A stretch of 64,000 nucleotides of DNA from Octopus bimaculoides (lineage: Eukaryota): assembly GCF_001194135.2 (NCBI RefSeq), contig NC_068993.1, forward strand, positions 53,245,564-53,309,563, read 5' to 3'. Position 1 is the first letter of the stretch. Every line of letters begins with the position of its first letter. The notes under the pieces were generated by a model. The model made no database searches. It was given only the letters and a program-made list of their open reading frames with translations, and was not told where the DNA came from. Made by a program: the position numbers and the translations under genes. Of this stretch, positions 1-13,747 are shown in pieces.

Positions 1-31
<31 letters not shown>

Positions 32-79
32 CATACATACATACATATACATATACATATACATACATCATCATTCTAG

Positions 80-256
80 GGAAGTTTCAAAATCCCATGG
101 AATTGGTCCATTGATTCATCTGCTGGAAGACAGCAGTGAAAATGCTGTGTCCAATGCTGCTGCTGTTCTCACTAACCTTGCTCTTCATGAATCACTTCGA
201 CAGGATGTCAAGCAAAAAGGTGTTGTTAGTGCCCTTGTGAAGGCTCTTAAATTTGT
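80..256 (+). CDS. ARMC3: ARMC3 exon (ARM repeat) [58 protein letters not shown]
   Basis: ctag|g acceptor, gt|gtaagt donor, open frame, ARM consensus. Confidence 0.88.
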
Positions 257-641
257 GTAAGTATTTCTTTAAAACGAATTAATTATTGATATTGTAAACT
301 AAAAGTAGATATATTGGGGTTGTTGTTTTTTTCTCATTGGAAGATTTTTAAGCCAGTTGTTGGTAGAATATTTTGTTAAGCAAAAATGTTACCCTCTGCT
401 TGCAATGGTTCAAAATCCCATCTCTTTTAGCAGGCATGATTTTTGGGTTAGGATGAAATAGTTTTCCAAGAAGCACAACATGTATCAAAGATGAATACTT
501 GACTGATTTTATGATTTTTAGTGTTATATTACTTATATTATTTTGCAAATAATAAAAACAAAAACAACCTACACATATGGTGTAGTGGTTAAGAGTGTGG
601 GTTACTAACCCCAAGATTCCGAGTTCAATTACAGGCAGTGG

Positions 642-679
<38 letters not shown>

Positions 680-755
680 TTTTAAAAAGGATTGACGTAA
701 CTTCGCAAAGGTAAACAGTCAAGACGAAGAGCGCGATTTGATTGTAAGATATTTT

Positions 756-793
<38 letters not shown>

Positions 794-2226
794 CAACATC
801 GAAAATTACCTTAGGAATGAGAACCCAGGTTTGAAATTTCCTCAGGACAAAGGCTGGAGAGTATATCAGCTGAAACGTAGTGTTAACAACAAACAAGATG
901 AGGACAAATATCCGTCAGATGTAAATAATGAATATTTTTAAATTGAAATATTTCAGAAACAATAAGTCAACTCAGAGCCAGGTGTTGTTGGCACTTGCCA
1001 ATTATGCAAGCAGTCCTTTATCAAGAGATGAAGTAAGTATAATGATTAGAGAACAATTGTTTTTCTGTTTTTCTATTATTTCTTGTATTTGTAATACTGA
1101 AAACATGTTGTGAATATCCTCTGTTTTAGATGTATCACCAAGAGTGATACAAAAGCAGACATAGAGCCTTGCGGAGCTGTCTGACTTGTCTGTTCTTGTC
1201 AAACTATCTGACTCATGCCAACATGGAAAAAAAGAATGTTAAATGGTCATGATGATGGTCACATCCACACACACACACACACAAACTTACACACATGCAC
1301 ACACACACATACATTCATATGCATGCACACTCACACATATTAACACATGTATATGTCTGTATGTTTTTGTGTTTGTCCCCCAACTCCACTTGACAACCAG
1401 AGTGGGTTTGTTTATGGTCCCCATAACTTGGAAGTTTGGCAAAAGAAACTAATACAATAGGTATCAGACTTAAAATAGGATAAGTACTGGCATCAATTTC
1501 TTCAGCTAAACCCTTCAAGGCAGTGCCTCAGCATGGCTACAGTTCAATGAAGGAAACAAGTAAAAAGAAAATAATAATAATAATAAAAAATAATATAGCA
1601 TCCAAGTTTCAGACACTTATTTAAATATGTCCATGTATAATAATAATCCATTCTACTATAGGCACAAGGCCTGAAATTTTTGGGGAAGGGGCTAAGTCGA
1701 TTACATCAACCCCAGTGTACTTGTACTTAATTTATCGATCCTGAAAGGACGAAAGGCAAAGTCAACCTCGGCGGAAGGTAGTGATGGATGAAATACCGCT
1801 AAGCATTTCATCCAGCGTTCTAATGATTCTGCCAGCTTGCTGCCTTCCATGTATACTCTTTTACTTGTTTCAGTCATTTGACTGCAGCCATGCTGGAGCA
1901 CTGCCTTTTTAGTCGAGCTAATCGACCCCAGTACTTATTCTTTGTAAGCCTAGTACTTATTTTATCGGTCTCTTTTGCCGAACCGCTAAGTTACGGGGAC
2001 GTAAACACACCAGCATTGGTTGTCAAGCGATGTTGGTGGGGACAAACACAGACACACACATATATCATCATCATCATCATCATCGTTTAATGTCCGCTTT
2101 CCATGCTAGCATGGGTTGGACGATTTGACTGAGGACTGGTGAAACCGGATGGCAACATCAGGCTCCAATCTAATTTGGCAGAGTTTCTACAGCTGGATGC
2201 CCTTCCTAACGCCAACCACTCAGAGA

Positions 2227-2265
<39 letters not shown>

Positions 2266-2995
2266 TATATACGACGGGCTTCTTTCAGTTTCCGTCTACC
2301 AAATCCACTCACAAGGCTTTGGTCGGCTTGAGGCTATAGTAGAAGACACTTGCCCAAGGTGCACACCATGGGACTGAACCCGGAACCATGTGGATCATAA
2401 GCATGCTACCTACCACACAGCCACTCCAATAATAAAGTAAATGTGATTTTGAAAAATTACTTTTGCTGTTTGAAATATTTGAAAAGGTCCGGTTCAGTTT
2501 TTATTCACGTTTCTCTAATATTTTTTTTTGCTCTCTCACATCTAACATCTCACTGAATCAGTTGAGATATGCAAATGGCATTGAACCAGTGGTAAAACTA
2601 CTGAAATCAGAAGATAAAGATGTTGTGAAAAATGCAGCATGGGCTATCTACGTAAGTGCTGCAGATGAAGCAACAGCTCATGAGATATGTATTTGTGGGT
2701 AAGTAATTCACACATCTTGCACATTTATGAATTTCTTCTACTAAAATACCTTAGCAAGCCCCTGGAAACTTCTCAGGGGTCAAAGTAGTTGGTAGTTAGT
2801 ATTGTAAGTTTATGATGTACCTCCATGTATTTCATAAAGTCAATGTTATTATCACTGGATATTTAGTGGTACAAACACATCTGGAAACTTATTCAATCTT
2901 TTGGAAGCTACAGAAAAGTCTCACATTCACTAATTCAAATAAGACATGTTCTGCTTACATGCAATCTTGTTTTTTTTGCAACTTATTTTTCATTG

Positions 2996-3032
<37 letters not shown>

Positions 3033-5939
3033 NNNNNNNNNNNNNNNNNNNNNNNNNNNNNNNNNNNNNNNNNNNNNNNNNNNNNNNNNNNNNNNNNNNN
3101 NNNNNNNNNNNNNNNNNNNNNNNNNNNNNNNNNNNNNNNNNNNNNNNNNNNNNNNNNNNNNNNNNNNNNNNNNNNNNNNNNNNNNNNNNNNNNNNNNNNN
3201 NNNNNNNNNNNNNNNNNNNNNNNNNNNNNNNNNNNNNNNNNNNNNNNNNNNNNNNTATATATATATATATATATATATATATGCATATATACATACGTAT
3301 ATGTACATACATCTATACGTATATTCTCCTAACAGCTCTTTAACTGCAAATTGGTCGATTACTTGTCTTTCAAAGAATGATATTAAGAATGTAATTACAA
3401 ACAGAAGATAGAGAGAAGCTCTATTATTATTTATTTATCTATTTCATAATAGCACTCATTGGCAGGTTTCTACTGGCCCAATTACTAGTTCACTGGACTC
3501 CTGATGGCAAGAGTGACCAGGGAGTATCTGTAACTCAATGCAGAATAAATTCTCCAAGAGTCTTCATTTGTAAAGCACTGGGTATAGCATCATAATATCC
3601 ACACATCATAATCACTCTCCACCATCACATGCCGCCATTTAATTTTTGGTCCCTTGTCCCCTTTGAGAGTAATTTCCATTAGTTAATGACACGTTGTCAT
3701 TAATTAATAATTCAAATAGATTACAGATTATTTTCAGCTCACCAAATTATGTTAGCCTGTAATTATCTTAATGATAATAGTTTTGCATAATTATAGGTTA
3801 GCTTTATTTTAAAGTAAGTGTAGAAAGTTGATTAAAATCTGAAAAAGTTTTATTATCTATTATTTTTTTATAATATTGATAGATATTTCTGAAATATTAA
3901 AATTGTCTATATATTCTGTCAAAATAAATGTCTTATGATTTTATTTCTTTCAAAGTGGCCTAAATACACTCCAGGAGATTAATTTGAACCCGACACGTCG
4001 GAATCAATTCACCGCAATAGCTCTTGAACGTCTATTTGACAACAATCTTTCTGCAAAGTTCTCGTTTTGTGGCTACCTTGGTGAGAAAACATTTTTTCTT
4101 CTGATAACATCCTTCTAGACCAGTAGTCACAGACTCTTACAATTACTGTCCCCTTAGATTTTATCAAATATTTCAAAAGTAAAATTTAAAAGATTTTGGT
4201 TTTGTGACCCTTTCAGAAAAATACCATAACTCAAATTGTGTTGTGATTCAAAGTTTGGGAACTGCTGATCTAGAACAACAACAGTGATCTGCTACATATT
4301 TCAGTGTTGCAGTTGCTATTTATAGTTCCAAACATTTGCTTTCATTCTATAGTTTTTTGTTTTAGTTTTTGTATGCAAAGAACATATTTAGATGTAAATT
4401 CAGCACCTTATTTTTGACAAAATAATTGTATAAATATTCTAGGATAGCTATTTAAATTAAAAGTCTTTGTTTTTCTTTTCATGTTGCACTTTCATTCATA
4501 CATCACCTTGTTTCTCTGTACAACAGTTTCTGGAATATTGCAATTGTCTTTCTCTATTAAAAAAAGGACAAAGATACATCGCTACACAAATGAAATATAT
4601 TTTTTATGAAATTATCTACTCAGGGTGAAGAAGATGGCTGCAAATTAGTTAAGAAAATGGTGGTTAATATAATGTAACAAGGCTGTATTGTGTTCATAAT
4701 CCAGACACTTAATTCACACTGCTAATTCCACTGTCTGGAAACAGTGAAAATATTTTTATTTTACTATTTAAATTTTAATCCACAGCTCCTACAAATATAA
4801 TTACGGATGGCTTTTTTTATGCTGGTCGTCTGAAACTGGATGCAGAATTCAAATCCTTAGAGGAATTAAGCACTCAAAAGATGAAGGACCGCAAGTCTAT
4901 CATAGTGATTAATGCGAAATTTGAGTGAGTATAAAAGAAAAAAACTATATTAATCTAACTTGAGCTAGAACAACTAACAATGATATCATTGCATAGACAT
5001 CATTCTGTACCCATGGATGTTCTTTAGATATTTAGTATTATAATGTAATGTTCCATGTCTGAGATAGTTGGTGTCACTGCCACCATCATCATTACTGCCA
5101 TGTTGGTGTGTTTCCATCCCCGTAACTTACTGGTTCAGCAAAAGAGTTCAATAGAATAAGTACTAGGCTTACAAAGAATAAGTCCTGGGATCAATTTTTG
5201 ATTAAAGGTGGTGCTCCAGCATGGTCGCAGTCAAATGACTGAAACAAGTAAAAGAGTAAAAGAATAAAAGAATATATGCATGTGTTAAGTAGAAATCACT
5301 GAAGCATGTTTTTTACAATTGGGTTCCCTTCCAGTTACTAACCCTCAACTATTTCCAAGGAAGATAATATTTCCCCATGGTTGGACATGTTTTCAAGAAA
5401 GACTGGAAGTGAAGGTCATCATTTGTATGAATGCGATGCTTATTGTTAGCTATCATGTGATGTTGAGACAAGAAGATACAACCTCTCCACCCCACCCACA
5501 TCTACCTGCTCATCTGTCTACTCATTAGTTCACTCATCTCTGTTCATTCATCTATCCATATATACATCCATATATACATGATTGGCTTATAGTAGAAGAT
5601 ACTTGCCCAAGGTGCCATGCAATGAGGACTGAACCTAGATCCATGTGGTTGGGAAGCAAACTTTTACCACACAGCCATACCTACACCTATATATATATAT
5701 ATATATATAGGCGTTAGGAAGGGCATCTAGCTGTAGAAACTCTGCCAAATCAGATTGGAGCCTGGTGTAGCCACCTGGCTCACCAGTCCCCAGTCAAATC
5801 GTCCAACCCATGCTAGCATGGAAAGTGGACATTAAACGATGATGATGATGATGATAATGATGATATATATATATATATATATGTGTGTATGTATATATAT
5901 ATATGTATATATATATATATGTATGTATACGTGTATATA

Positions 5940-5970
<31 letters not shown>

Positions 5971-5991
5971 GTATTTATGTATGTATGTATG

Positions 5992-6041
<50 letters not shown>

Positions 6042-9000
6042 ATTCGAGGAAGTTAAGTCCTCATTAGGGATTATATAATCGAAGGTATTCCACAGGTTCA
6101 ATCCATATCATATAATGGTAAAGTCATTTGTATATGTTTAGGATTATTGAAATTATTAATATACAGGGAAAAACAAGGAGAAGAAAATCAAGAATAAATG
6201 GATGTAATTACTGATTTATTTGCATGTTGTAGAAAGATGATGTTTTTTAAAAAGCATTACAAATAAATTGGAGGTTGAAAGCTCAAAAAAGGTAAGAAAG
6301 AACTTAAGAAGAACCTATATATATGTTTCTGTCAAAACCAATAGGCAGATAGGAGTTTCGAAACATGTTGTTTTTCCCTCTCTCTCTATATATATATAGA
6401 TACACACACATAAATATACACATGTATGATGGCTTTTCTGTTCATTTTCCTCTTGAAATGTATTGGTCAACTCAAAGCTATAATAGAAAACACTTGCCCA
6501 AGATGCCAAGCAGTGGGATTCAACCCCAAAACTTCTTAATCCTGTAGTCATTTTTTGTTTCCTTTTTTTTCATGAGTGTGTGTATTGGGAGTTGGCTCTT
6601 GAACAAAATAATTGTGAAACCACAGCCAGTCATAAGTTGTTAGTGAGAATAGCTTAGTAGCATGTATCATACTTTCACTAATTGTTTTAGGTGCCTGTGT
6701 AATCATGAGAAGACATGGACACTTGGCCTCTTTACTCGTGATCCAGCAGAACATCCAGGATGTGACAGATGGAGAGAGGTAGGGAATGTGCTGGCACTCA
6801 GCTAGTACTCATTTACAGTTGAGTAGACTGGAGCTACATAAAACCAAGTACTTTGCTCAAGGACACAATGCATCATCTGGTCCCTGAATTGAACTCACAA
6901 TGTCATAACCATGAGCCAAACACCCTGATCACTAGGCCACACACCTTCACAGTGTTATTTTTTTTATTGTTATGGCTTGTTTAAAATATTATCATGGATT
7001 TTTTGTTTTCCTCTCCACAGAGCTCCAGCAAAAGACGATGAAAAACAAGAAGACCTTAACAGCAGGGTCTTATTTAAATTTAAAAGAGACGGGTAAGTTG
7101 ATTTTTGCATTATGACTTTTTAATGTGTTTTTCCTGTATTTGTAATAGTAGCAACATTTGGCTGCTTTTTCTTTGAGCAGATTGATTGACCAGGCTGAGG
7201 CTTCTTATTTTTTGTTACTGCTTTTGTTGTCATCAATAACAGCAACAACAATAACAATATTTAACATCTACTTTTTCATGCTTGCATGGGTCAGGCAGAA
7301 TTTGTCGAGGCAGATTTTCTACAGTTAGATGCCTTTCCTATCACCAACCCTCACCTGTTTCCAAGCAAGCTAATATTTCCTCATGACCAGACATATTTTC
7401 CACACGACTGGAAATGAACAACATTGGTTGTATGATGGTGAAGCTTGTTTAAAAACCAATGTGTGTGTGTGTGTGTGTGTGTGTGCATGCATAATGGACT
7501 TCTTTCAATCTCTGCCTACCAAATTCACTCACAAGGTTTTGGTTGTCTGGGGCTGTAGCAGAAGACTCTCACCCAGTAGCTCAAAGTGCTGTGCAATGAG
7601 ACTGAATCTGAAACCATATGGTTGGGAAGCAAGTTTCTTAACCACATAGCCATACCTGCATCTGTTTGGTTTAAGACTTTGTTGCTTTCATTCAATGGCT
7701 GTGAATACTGGGTGTAGAAGAGGGGCCTCTGGATGAAGATATGCAGTGTGCATGGAGATGCCTTCTCTTCCACCTTTTTTGTCACTCATTATATCCACCC
7801 CTGCATACCTCTGATCTCCATCTCTGTTGCTGTGCATCTTCTCTCTCCCTGACACTTCACATCATCTCCCTATTTTTCATCTGTCTGTGGTTTAATTATA
7901 TTGTAGCTGTCCACCACACTCCTTTTATGCATTGCCAACTATCACCACCTCCTCCCTGACTGACTCTTGCTTCCCTGTTCCTTTCCTCAGACTAAGATTT
8001 ACCGTTGATTACTCCTCCACCTGTGTTCACCATTCACTGATTTCACCTCTGTCCAGATTGCTAGCTGTCTATCACTCTCCTTTCACACTTTCATGAACCT
8101 ACCCAACCATCTTTGATTCTCTGTCTCTATTTACTCTTGATCAACCGTCTTGCACTGTGAGGATATGTCCTGACACCTCATCTCTACCATTCTTGCTTCC
8201 TTTAATCCTGGGGTGGCAATGTATCTCCCCTACAACGAAATACCTGTTCTTGTGTGTCTATCGTACTTGAGCCTCTCAACACTTGGCACAAAGCCACATT
8301 CCCACTCTGTCAAAGGTTCTTGTCTTGCAAGTTGACCAATGATATTACAAATGCTGGTACCATGGAAAAGTACCCAGTATATTCTGTGAAGTGGTTGGTG
8401 TTAGGAAGAGCATCCAACTATAGAACTCCTGACAAGGAAAACACTGGAGCTCAATGTAATCCTTTGACTCTTCAAAGTGTGTTTAACCATCCAACCCATG
8501 CTAATATGGAATACAGATACCAAATGAATATACTGCTGCTGATGATGATAATGAACTTCATCATTATTGATAATGAACTTCATCATTATTGATAATGAAC
8601 TTCATCATTATTGATAATGAACTTCATCATTATTGATAATGAACTTCATCATTATTGATAATGAACTTCATCATTATTGATAATGAACTTCATCATNNNN
8701 NNNNNNNNNNNNNNNNNNNNNNNNNNNNNNNNNNNNNNNNNNNNNNNNNNNNNNNNNNNNNNNNNNNNNNNNNNNNNNNNNNNNNNNNNNNNNNNNNNNN
8801 NNNNNNNNNNNNNTCATTATTGATAATGAACTTCATCATTATTGATAATGAACTTCATCATTATTGATAATGAACTTCATCATTATTGATAATGAACTTC
8901 ATCATTATTGATAATGAACTTCATCATTATTGATAATGAACTTCATCATTATTGTTTTCGGGTTCACGTTTTCATGCTTGCATAGGTTAGGCAGAATTTC

Positions 9001-12000
9001 TTGAAGCAGATTTTCTATGATCAGATGCTCTTTCTGGTACCAGTTTCATCTATTTCCAAGCAGGGTATCATTTTCCAGTGGCCAGATATATTTTCCATGG
9101 AAGATTGGAAACAAACAACATTACTTATTTGCGAGTATTACATTCTGTGAAGATGAGACAGTAGCACCACCACTTGCATGCGCACTCACACAAACATGAT
9201 CAAATCTACTCACAAAGCCTTGTATCTTCTGTTTTCCTAGAGTGCCTTTATTTTTGAAATATCTCTCTTCTTATTTAATAATAGACACTGAAATTCTTTT
9301 GGCTTTTCTTTCTTTCTTTTTTTGTTTTTAGGCGGTCTCGGAATCCAAAAGAGCGAATTGAGAAGGGCAAGGAAGAGGAAGAATTCACCAGTACTACTGG
9401 TGAAGACAAACCTACAGTGACAGTAATAGAATGTGAAGAAAAGAACTTTGTCCTACCAGAAGATCCTGAACTTGGTGGCTACGTGGATGAAATAACTAAA
9501 GAACTAACAAACATGAACAATTTTCTTGAGCAAATCATTACATTAGCAAAGTAAGTGATGCAAACAACCTTGAGACTGACTTATTGATACGTTTATATGT
9601 ATGTAAATTAATACTTATCATTCACACTTTCATTATCATCATTTTAACATCCACTTTTCTATGCTTGCACAGGTCAAAACAATTGCCCCTGAGGTTCTCC
9701 AGAATTCACAGGGAGCAAGATCTGGACTGTAGGGAGTGGGTGAGGGACAGTTTTGATGCCCATCTCTGTCAAGTAGGTGGTTACCTGGATGCTTGTCACT
9801 GAATACTCTGGAACAAACTTTGCACAAATTTTGTGCATGTTCAAATGTTCAGGAATAATTCTGTGTAAAGTTGTCACATCAGCTCCAAACCTGATGCTTA
9901 TTGTCTTCATCTAGAAAACTGTGAATTTTCTCAACCAGCTCTGATGTTCTGACTCTCTATTACACCTCTCATTGTCGCTCACCTTCTCTCTACCCTCGTT
10001 GAGTTACTTCTGCTCGTAAAAAAGTTAATCTATAAGTAGTCTAGAGCAATTTATAAGTTTATGTAGTGTTTATGCACAGCTTAACATAAAACTTTATTGC
10101 ATAAAAAGCTTCCAGACATCCTGACTGCATTCTGAAAACTAGTCAGCTGCAACAAGCAGTGTTTAGTAGGGTGTGTTCAAAGTGCTGTTACAGCTGTCCA
10201 TTTCAATCTGGAATAGCAAAAGTTGTCAGGTCAGCTCATTAGATGTATAGTAATGATATATTGAAATTACAGTAATCTAGGACAGGCATAACTGCTTCTC
10301 ATACATTTGTATGTAGTTGGGGATGTTAATTGATTGACAAATGAAAAGAGAAAATGACAGGGAAAATGTATAGGGAGATGATTGACATTATTTATTTGAA
10401 AGTTAATGTGGTTATGCCTTGCTATCTTTAAATTGAATTATTTTTCAGATTTGTTTCAAACAAGATGGGCGGAGCTGTTTCTAGAGAAGAGTATGGAAAC
10501 TTCAGCTGGGAACTACCACTTTCTCAGATTCAGCATGAACGTGCTTCAAATATTGTTTCAATCGGCTCAATCAAATATGGTAACCAATTCCACAGAGCTT
10601 TGCTATTTAAGGTATTTGATGGCATACAATGAATATAACTATTATTAGAGTTGAAACTGCAGTACCCTTTATAGTTTGCATTGCGGTACAGACATGGCCA
10701 AGGTGCAGGCACACACACACATGTATGTATTTGTGTGAGTGTCTCCTTGTCGTGACATTATGTGATGGTTGCAAATGAGTGTTACCATCATACACGCAAT
10801 GTCCAGTTATCATTTTCAATCTTCCATTAAGTGATGTTGAGCCATAGAGAAAAAAAATGTCTTCCTGTTTTCAAGTTTTGGTTCAAGAGTAATGTGCAAG
10901 AAATATTCAAATGTATTTCTTGCATATTTTAAAGTCTGCCTTGGACTTTAAGTCACGTTTTTGGACGAAGACTTATTGGGGCAAGTGAAAGCGAAATCGG
11001 GATAGCACCTGTGCCCAGCGTCGCCTTTCTGGCACTTGTGCCCATGACATGTGTAAGGATTTTCGAGCGAGATCGTTGCCAGTACCCCTGGACTGGCTCT
11101 TGTGCGGGTGGCACATAAAATACACCATTTTGAGTGTGGCCGTTGCCAGTACCGCCTGACTGGCCTTCGTGCGGGTGACACGTAAAAGCACCCACTACAC
11201 TCTCTGAGTGGTTGGCGTTAGGAAGGGCATCCAGCTGTAGAAACTCTGCCAAATCAGATTGGAGCCTGGTGTTGCCATCCGGTTTCACCAGTCCTCAGTT
11301 AAATCGTCCAACCCATGCCAGCATGGAAAGCGGACGTTAAACGATGATGATGATGATGATGATGATACTGGAAGAACAAGACTTCTCCCATCCTAATTGA
11401 GAGACCAGTTCATTGTTGGGTTAAACATTTGGTACCAGTGGTACTTACTTTCAGCTGGGTGAACTGGAATAACATGAGATGAAGTGTCTTACTGAAGGCA
11501 CAACATATTACCCAGTCCAAGACTTGAACCCGCAACTTAATGATCATGATCCCAACAACCTGGCCACTAGGTCACTCACCTTCATCTCCATATTTCAAGA
11601 AAGTGAAAAAAAAAAAATGGTGATAACATATATTTTCTTTTGTGACTAGGTGTTGGCTGACCGTGTTATTATACGTTGTTCTCTCGTGCATGGAGATTTC
11701 TTCAAAGCATGGAATATTGTTTTGCTTGGAAATGAAGATTCAGAAACTGTAGGTCAAAAGGTTGGTTGAAAAATATTTTTGTTTTAATTGTCAATTCTGG
11801 AGGCATCTTAAATATAGATGTTTTCGATCTAGTTTGGATTCTTTGCCATCAAATTTGAATTCTTCGCAATCAAATTTGATTGCAAAAAATCCAAACTAGA
11901 TTGAAAACATCTATAATATTTGAGAAAAACTCTGCACTCCACGACACTAGAAATAAAACACTGAAATGAATGAGGGTATACCCGCTTGCTAGAAATAACA

Positions 12001-13726
12001 GACAAAACTCCCTCAAACCATTACCTTCATATCTTAAAAAAAGAATTAATTGGATAATTTATCCTGAGGTATAATATTGCTAGGAAAAATTATAAGAATG
12101 GTCATGGCTGGAAGACTTTTGATCATAAGTTTGTTTAATCAAGGTTGGCCTGGAGTTAAATAATCCTTTCTACTATAGTCATAAGGCCTGAAATCTTTGG
12201 AGTAGGGCTAGTCGGTTACATTGCCCCCTGTGCTCAACTGATACTTATTTTATTGATCCAAATGGGATGAAAGGTAAAGCTGAGCTCAGTGAAATTAGAA
12301 CAAAGAACATAAATCAGAAGAAATGCTGCCATGCATTTTGTCCAGCATGCTAACAATTCTTCTAGTTTACCATCTTGAACTGGAGCGGAATAACAAGCAA
12401 CACACATTTGTTTCTGTTGCAGTTTAACCCCATGCCAATCCTGACTGATTGGCATGGATTACAGATACTCCAGTTGTGACCATCTGGTCTTTTTTTTAGA
12501 GATATAGATTTCATTGTCCAATGATTCTTTTCTGATTTTGAAGATGGTGAGGTGAGATTTGAAGTAGATTTAGTTGCTTTTTTTGACTTTTGGTCAAGTG
12601 GCCACTTACAAGTACCATCACTGGAAGATAGTATATTATATTTACTTTGGTGTTGAGTCTGATACCAACCTGCTTAAGATTACTCTTGGTTATATGATAC
12701 AAGCTTTCTGTTGATCTTGATTGAAAGATTAGCTCAGAATGTAATGTAGTAGAACAAATATTGTTAGACATTTTGTCTGATACTGTAATGATTCTGCCAA
12801 TGTACTACCATTAAGGTGTTAATGATAACAGAAATATTACACAATATCAGGGAAATGATCATAGTTCAGTTTTATGGAAATTAAATGTAAGAACTTATTG
12901 CTCAAATTAGTTGCAACGGAATCAGTAGCATATAATATTTGGGAAAATTTCCTCAGGAATGGTATTACGTGAAGAAAATATAGTCAAGAGCAGGCTAATA
13001 TGCTAAATGTAGCAAACCAAAAATAATTTTTAATCAACTGAAATTATATTCAAGCCATATACTATTTGTAAGAAATCAAAAGTTGAAATCTAGAATCTAT
13101 TTTGGAAGGTTCACAAGTGGTAGTAGATAAGTTGACCATAAATATTTAATGAAGATTAATTGGATATATAAGTATAGGGGTAGTGGGAGAGAAAGTGGAA
13201 GAGGGGAAGAGAGCAAGAAATGTTAATTGATGTTTTCTTATTATCGACAGCTAATTGCTTTTATTTACTAAAGGCTTAGTAAATAAACTATTACACTTGT
13301 TTTCTTCTGTGAAAGAACTTTTTGTCTAAAACATAATTTTTATATTTTTGCTCTCCAATTCTGTGCCCTTTTCCAGTATATTTTTACTGGTTCTTTTCCC
13401 CATGAAGTAGTGATAGCAAGTCTGAAAGCTCATGAATCAAATATTACAAGTGTAATAGTTTATTTATTGATCCTTTAGTAAATAGGAAAATAACCATTAT
13501 TTGACAGATTTGCTAATATATTTTCAATGCTAAACTGAATATAAAAATACTGAGGGCTTTCCATAGAAATCTCCTAAAGATACAGAATGTCTAAAAGCAC
13601 TGCCAATCTCATTTTCAGGATGATGTAAACTCACCTCTCAAAGCTTACATTGTGGATGTCATTCATGAGCCTGGACGACTTATTTTAGTAGACACTCCAG
13701 AGGCCATACGCTATTGTACAATGTAA
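80..13726 (+). CDS. ARMC3: Armadillo repeat-containing protein 3, 3' part (10 exons; 5' exons lie upstream of the window)
   Basis: Exons 80-256, 957-1032, 2562-2698, 3956-4080, 4786-4924, 7021-7092, 9332-9550, 10449-10611, 11650-11748, 13619-13726 all have AG/GT ends and compatible phases. The spliced product has ARM repeats ([28 protein letters not shown]; [24 protein letters not shown]), then [84 protein letters not shown]. This matches motif by motif the human ARMC3 C-terminus as I recall it (NNLSLKYSQTGYL, KMGGKI, FSWEL, FYHRALLFKALADRI, CSLVRG, AWNEV). Confidence 0.92.
575..920 (+). mobile_element. tRNA-derived SINE with internal (AAT)n
   Basis: Pol III A-box (tggtgtagtggtt) and B-box-like (gagttcaattac) head, AAT microsatellite, unique 3' body. 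Confidence 0.55.
957..1032 (+). CDS. ARMC3: ARMC3 exon [25 protein letters not shown]
   Basis: ttcag|a acceptor, gaa|gtaagt donor, phase 2 to 0. Confidence 0.85.
1651..1846 (-). mobile_element. tRNA-derived SINE family 1
   Basis: Reverse complement of the 29851 copy head (ggcggcgagctggcagaatc...gagttcaaattcc). Confidence 0.75.
1855..2428 (-). mobile_element. tRNA-derived SINE family 2 interrupted by an RTE 3' end (about 2066-2228)
   Basis: Body matches the copies at 19583-19980 and 27800-28015; the insert matches the RTE 3' tail ending in (GAT)n. Confidence 0.75.
2562..2698 (+). CDS. ARMC3: ARMC3 exon [46 protein letters not shown]
   Basis: cag|ttg acceptor, gg|gtaagt donor; ARM repeat visible in ORF 2463-2702. 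Confidence 0.9.
3956..4080 (+). CDS. ARMC3: ARMC3 exon [41 protein letters not shown]
   Basis: caaag|t acceptor, g|gtgag donor, phase 2 to 1. Confidence 0.88.
4786..4924 (+). CDS. ARMC3: ARMC3 exon [45 protein letters not shown]
   Basis: cacag|ct acceptor, ga|gtgagt donor; IITDGFF motif. Confidence 0.88.
7021..7092 (+). CDS. ARMC3: ARMC3 linker exon [23 protein letters not shown]
   Basis: pyrimidine tract ccacag|a acceptor, gg|gtaagt donor, phase 2 to 2. Confidence 0.75.
8540..8953. repeat. 22-bp minisatellite (CATCATTATTGATAATGAACTT)n
   Basis: Perfect 22-bp period on both sides of the N-gap 8697-8813. Confidence 0.95.
9332..9550 (+). CDS. ARMC3: ARMC3 exon [17 protein letters not shown]...[34 protein letters not shown]
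   Basis: tttag|g acceptor, aa|gtaagt donor; LPEDPEL / EQIITLAK motifs. Confidence 0.88.
9700..10000 (-). mobile_element. Internally deleted mariner transposase remnant
   Basis: [20 protein letters not shown] fused to [11 protein letters not shown] and [11 protein letters not shown] (mariner WVPHEL / YSPDLAP motifs). Confidence 0.75.
10449..10611 (+). CDS. ARMC3: ARMC3 exon (EDR1-like) [54 protein letters not shown]
   Basis: ttcag|a acceptor, aag|gtattt donor; HRALLFK motif. Confidence 0.92.
10950..11366 (+). mobile_element. RTE-type LINE 3' UTR fragment with (GAT)n tail
   Basis: Matches the 3' UTR of the ORF-bearing copy at 34266-35826; similar fragments at about 5710-5860, 45460-46140, 49325-49782 (+) and 42462-42743 (-). 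Confidence 0.8.
11650..11748 (+). CDS. ARMC3: ARMC3 exon [33 protein letters not shown]
   Basis: ctag|gtg acceptor, act|gtaggt donor, phase 0 to 0. Confidence 0.9.
11814..11914. mobile_element. Hairpin MITE-like element
   Basis: 27-bp terminal inverted repeat (1 mismatch) in TA context; internal perfect palindrome gcaatcaaatttgattgc. Confidence 0.6.
13619..13726 (+). CDS. ARMC3: ARMC3 terminal exon [35 protein letters not shown]
   Basis: ttcag|gat acceptor, TAA at 13724-13726. Confidence 0.9.
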   Translation, partial: DDVNSPLKAYIVDVIHEPGRLILVDTPEAIRYCTM

Positions 13727-13741
13727 TCATTTTGTTTTGGA

Positions 13742-13747
13742 AATAAA
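13742..13747 (+). terminator. Candidate polyadenylation signal of ARMC3
   Basis: AATAAA 16 nt after the stop codon; a second AATAAA near 13828. Confidence 0.5.

Noticed and set aside
840-885. Hammerhead-like stem plus GAAAC in the SINE 3' body
   Set aside because: The CUGAUGA core is absent in this copy.
348-896. 182-aa minus-strand ORF with poly-Ile and poly-Leu
   Set aside because: It spans a SINE and (AAT)n tracts in an ARMC3 intron; unlike 44049-44120 it has no splice context or frame continuity.
8540-8953. CRISPR-like look of the palindromic 22-bp array (also the 26-bp and 54-bp arrays)
   Set aside because: No unique spacers, no cas genes, eukaryotic context; these are head-to-tail minisatellites.
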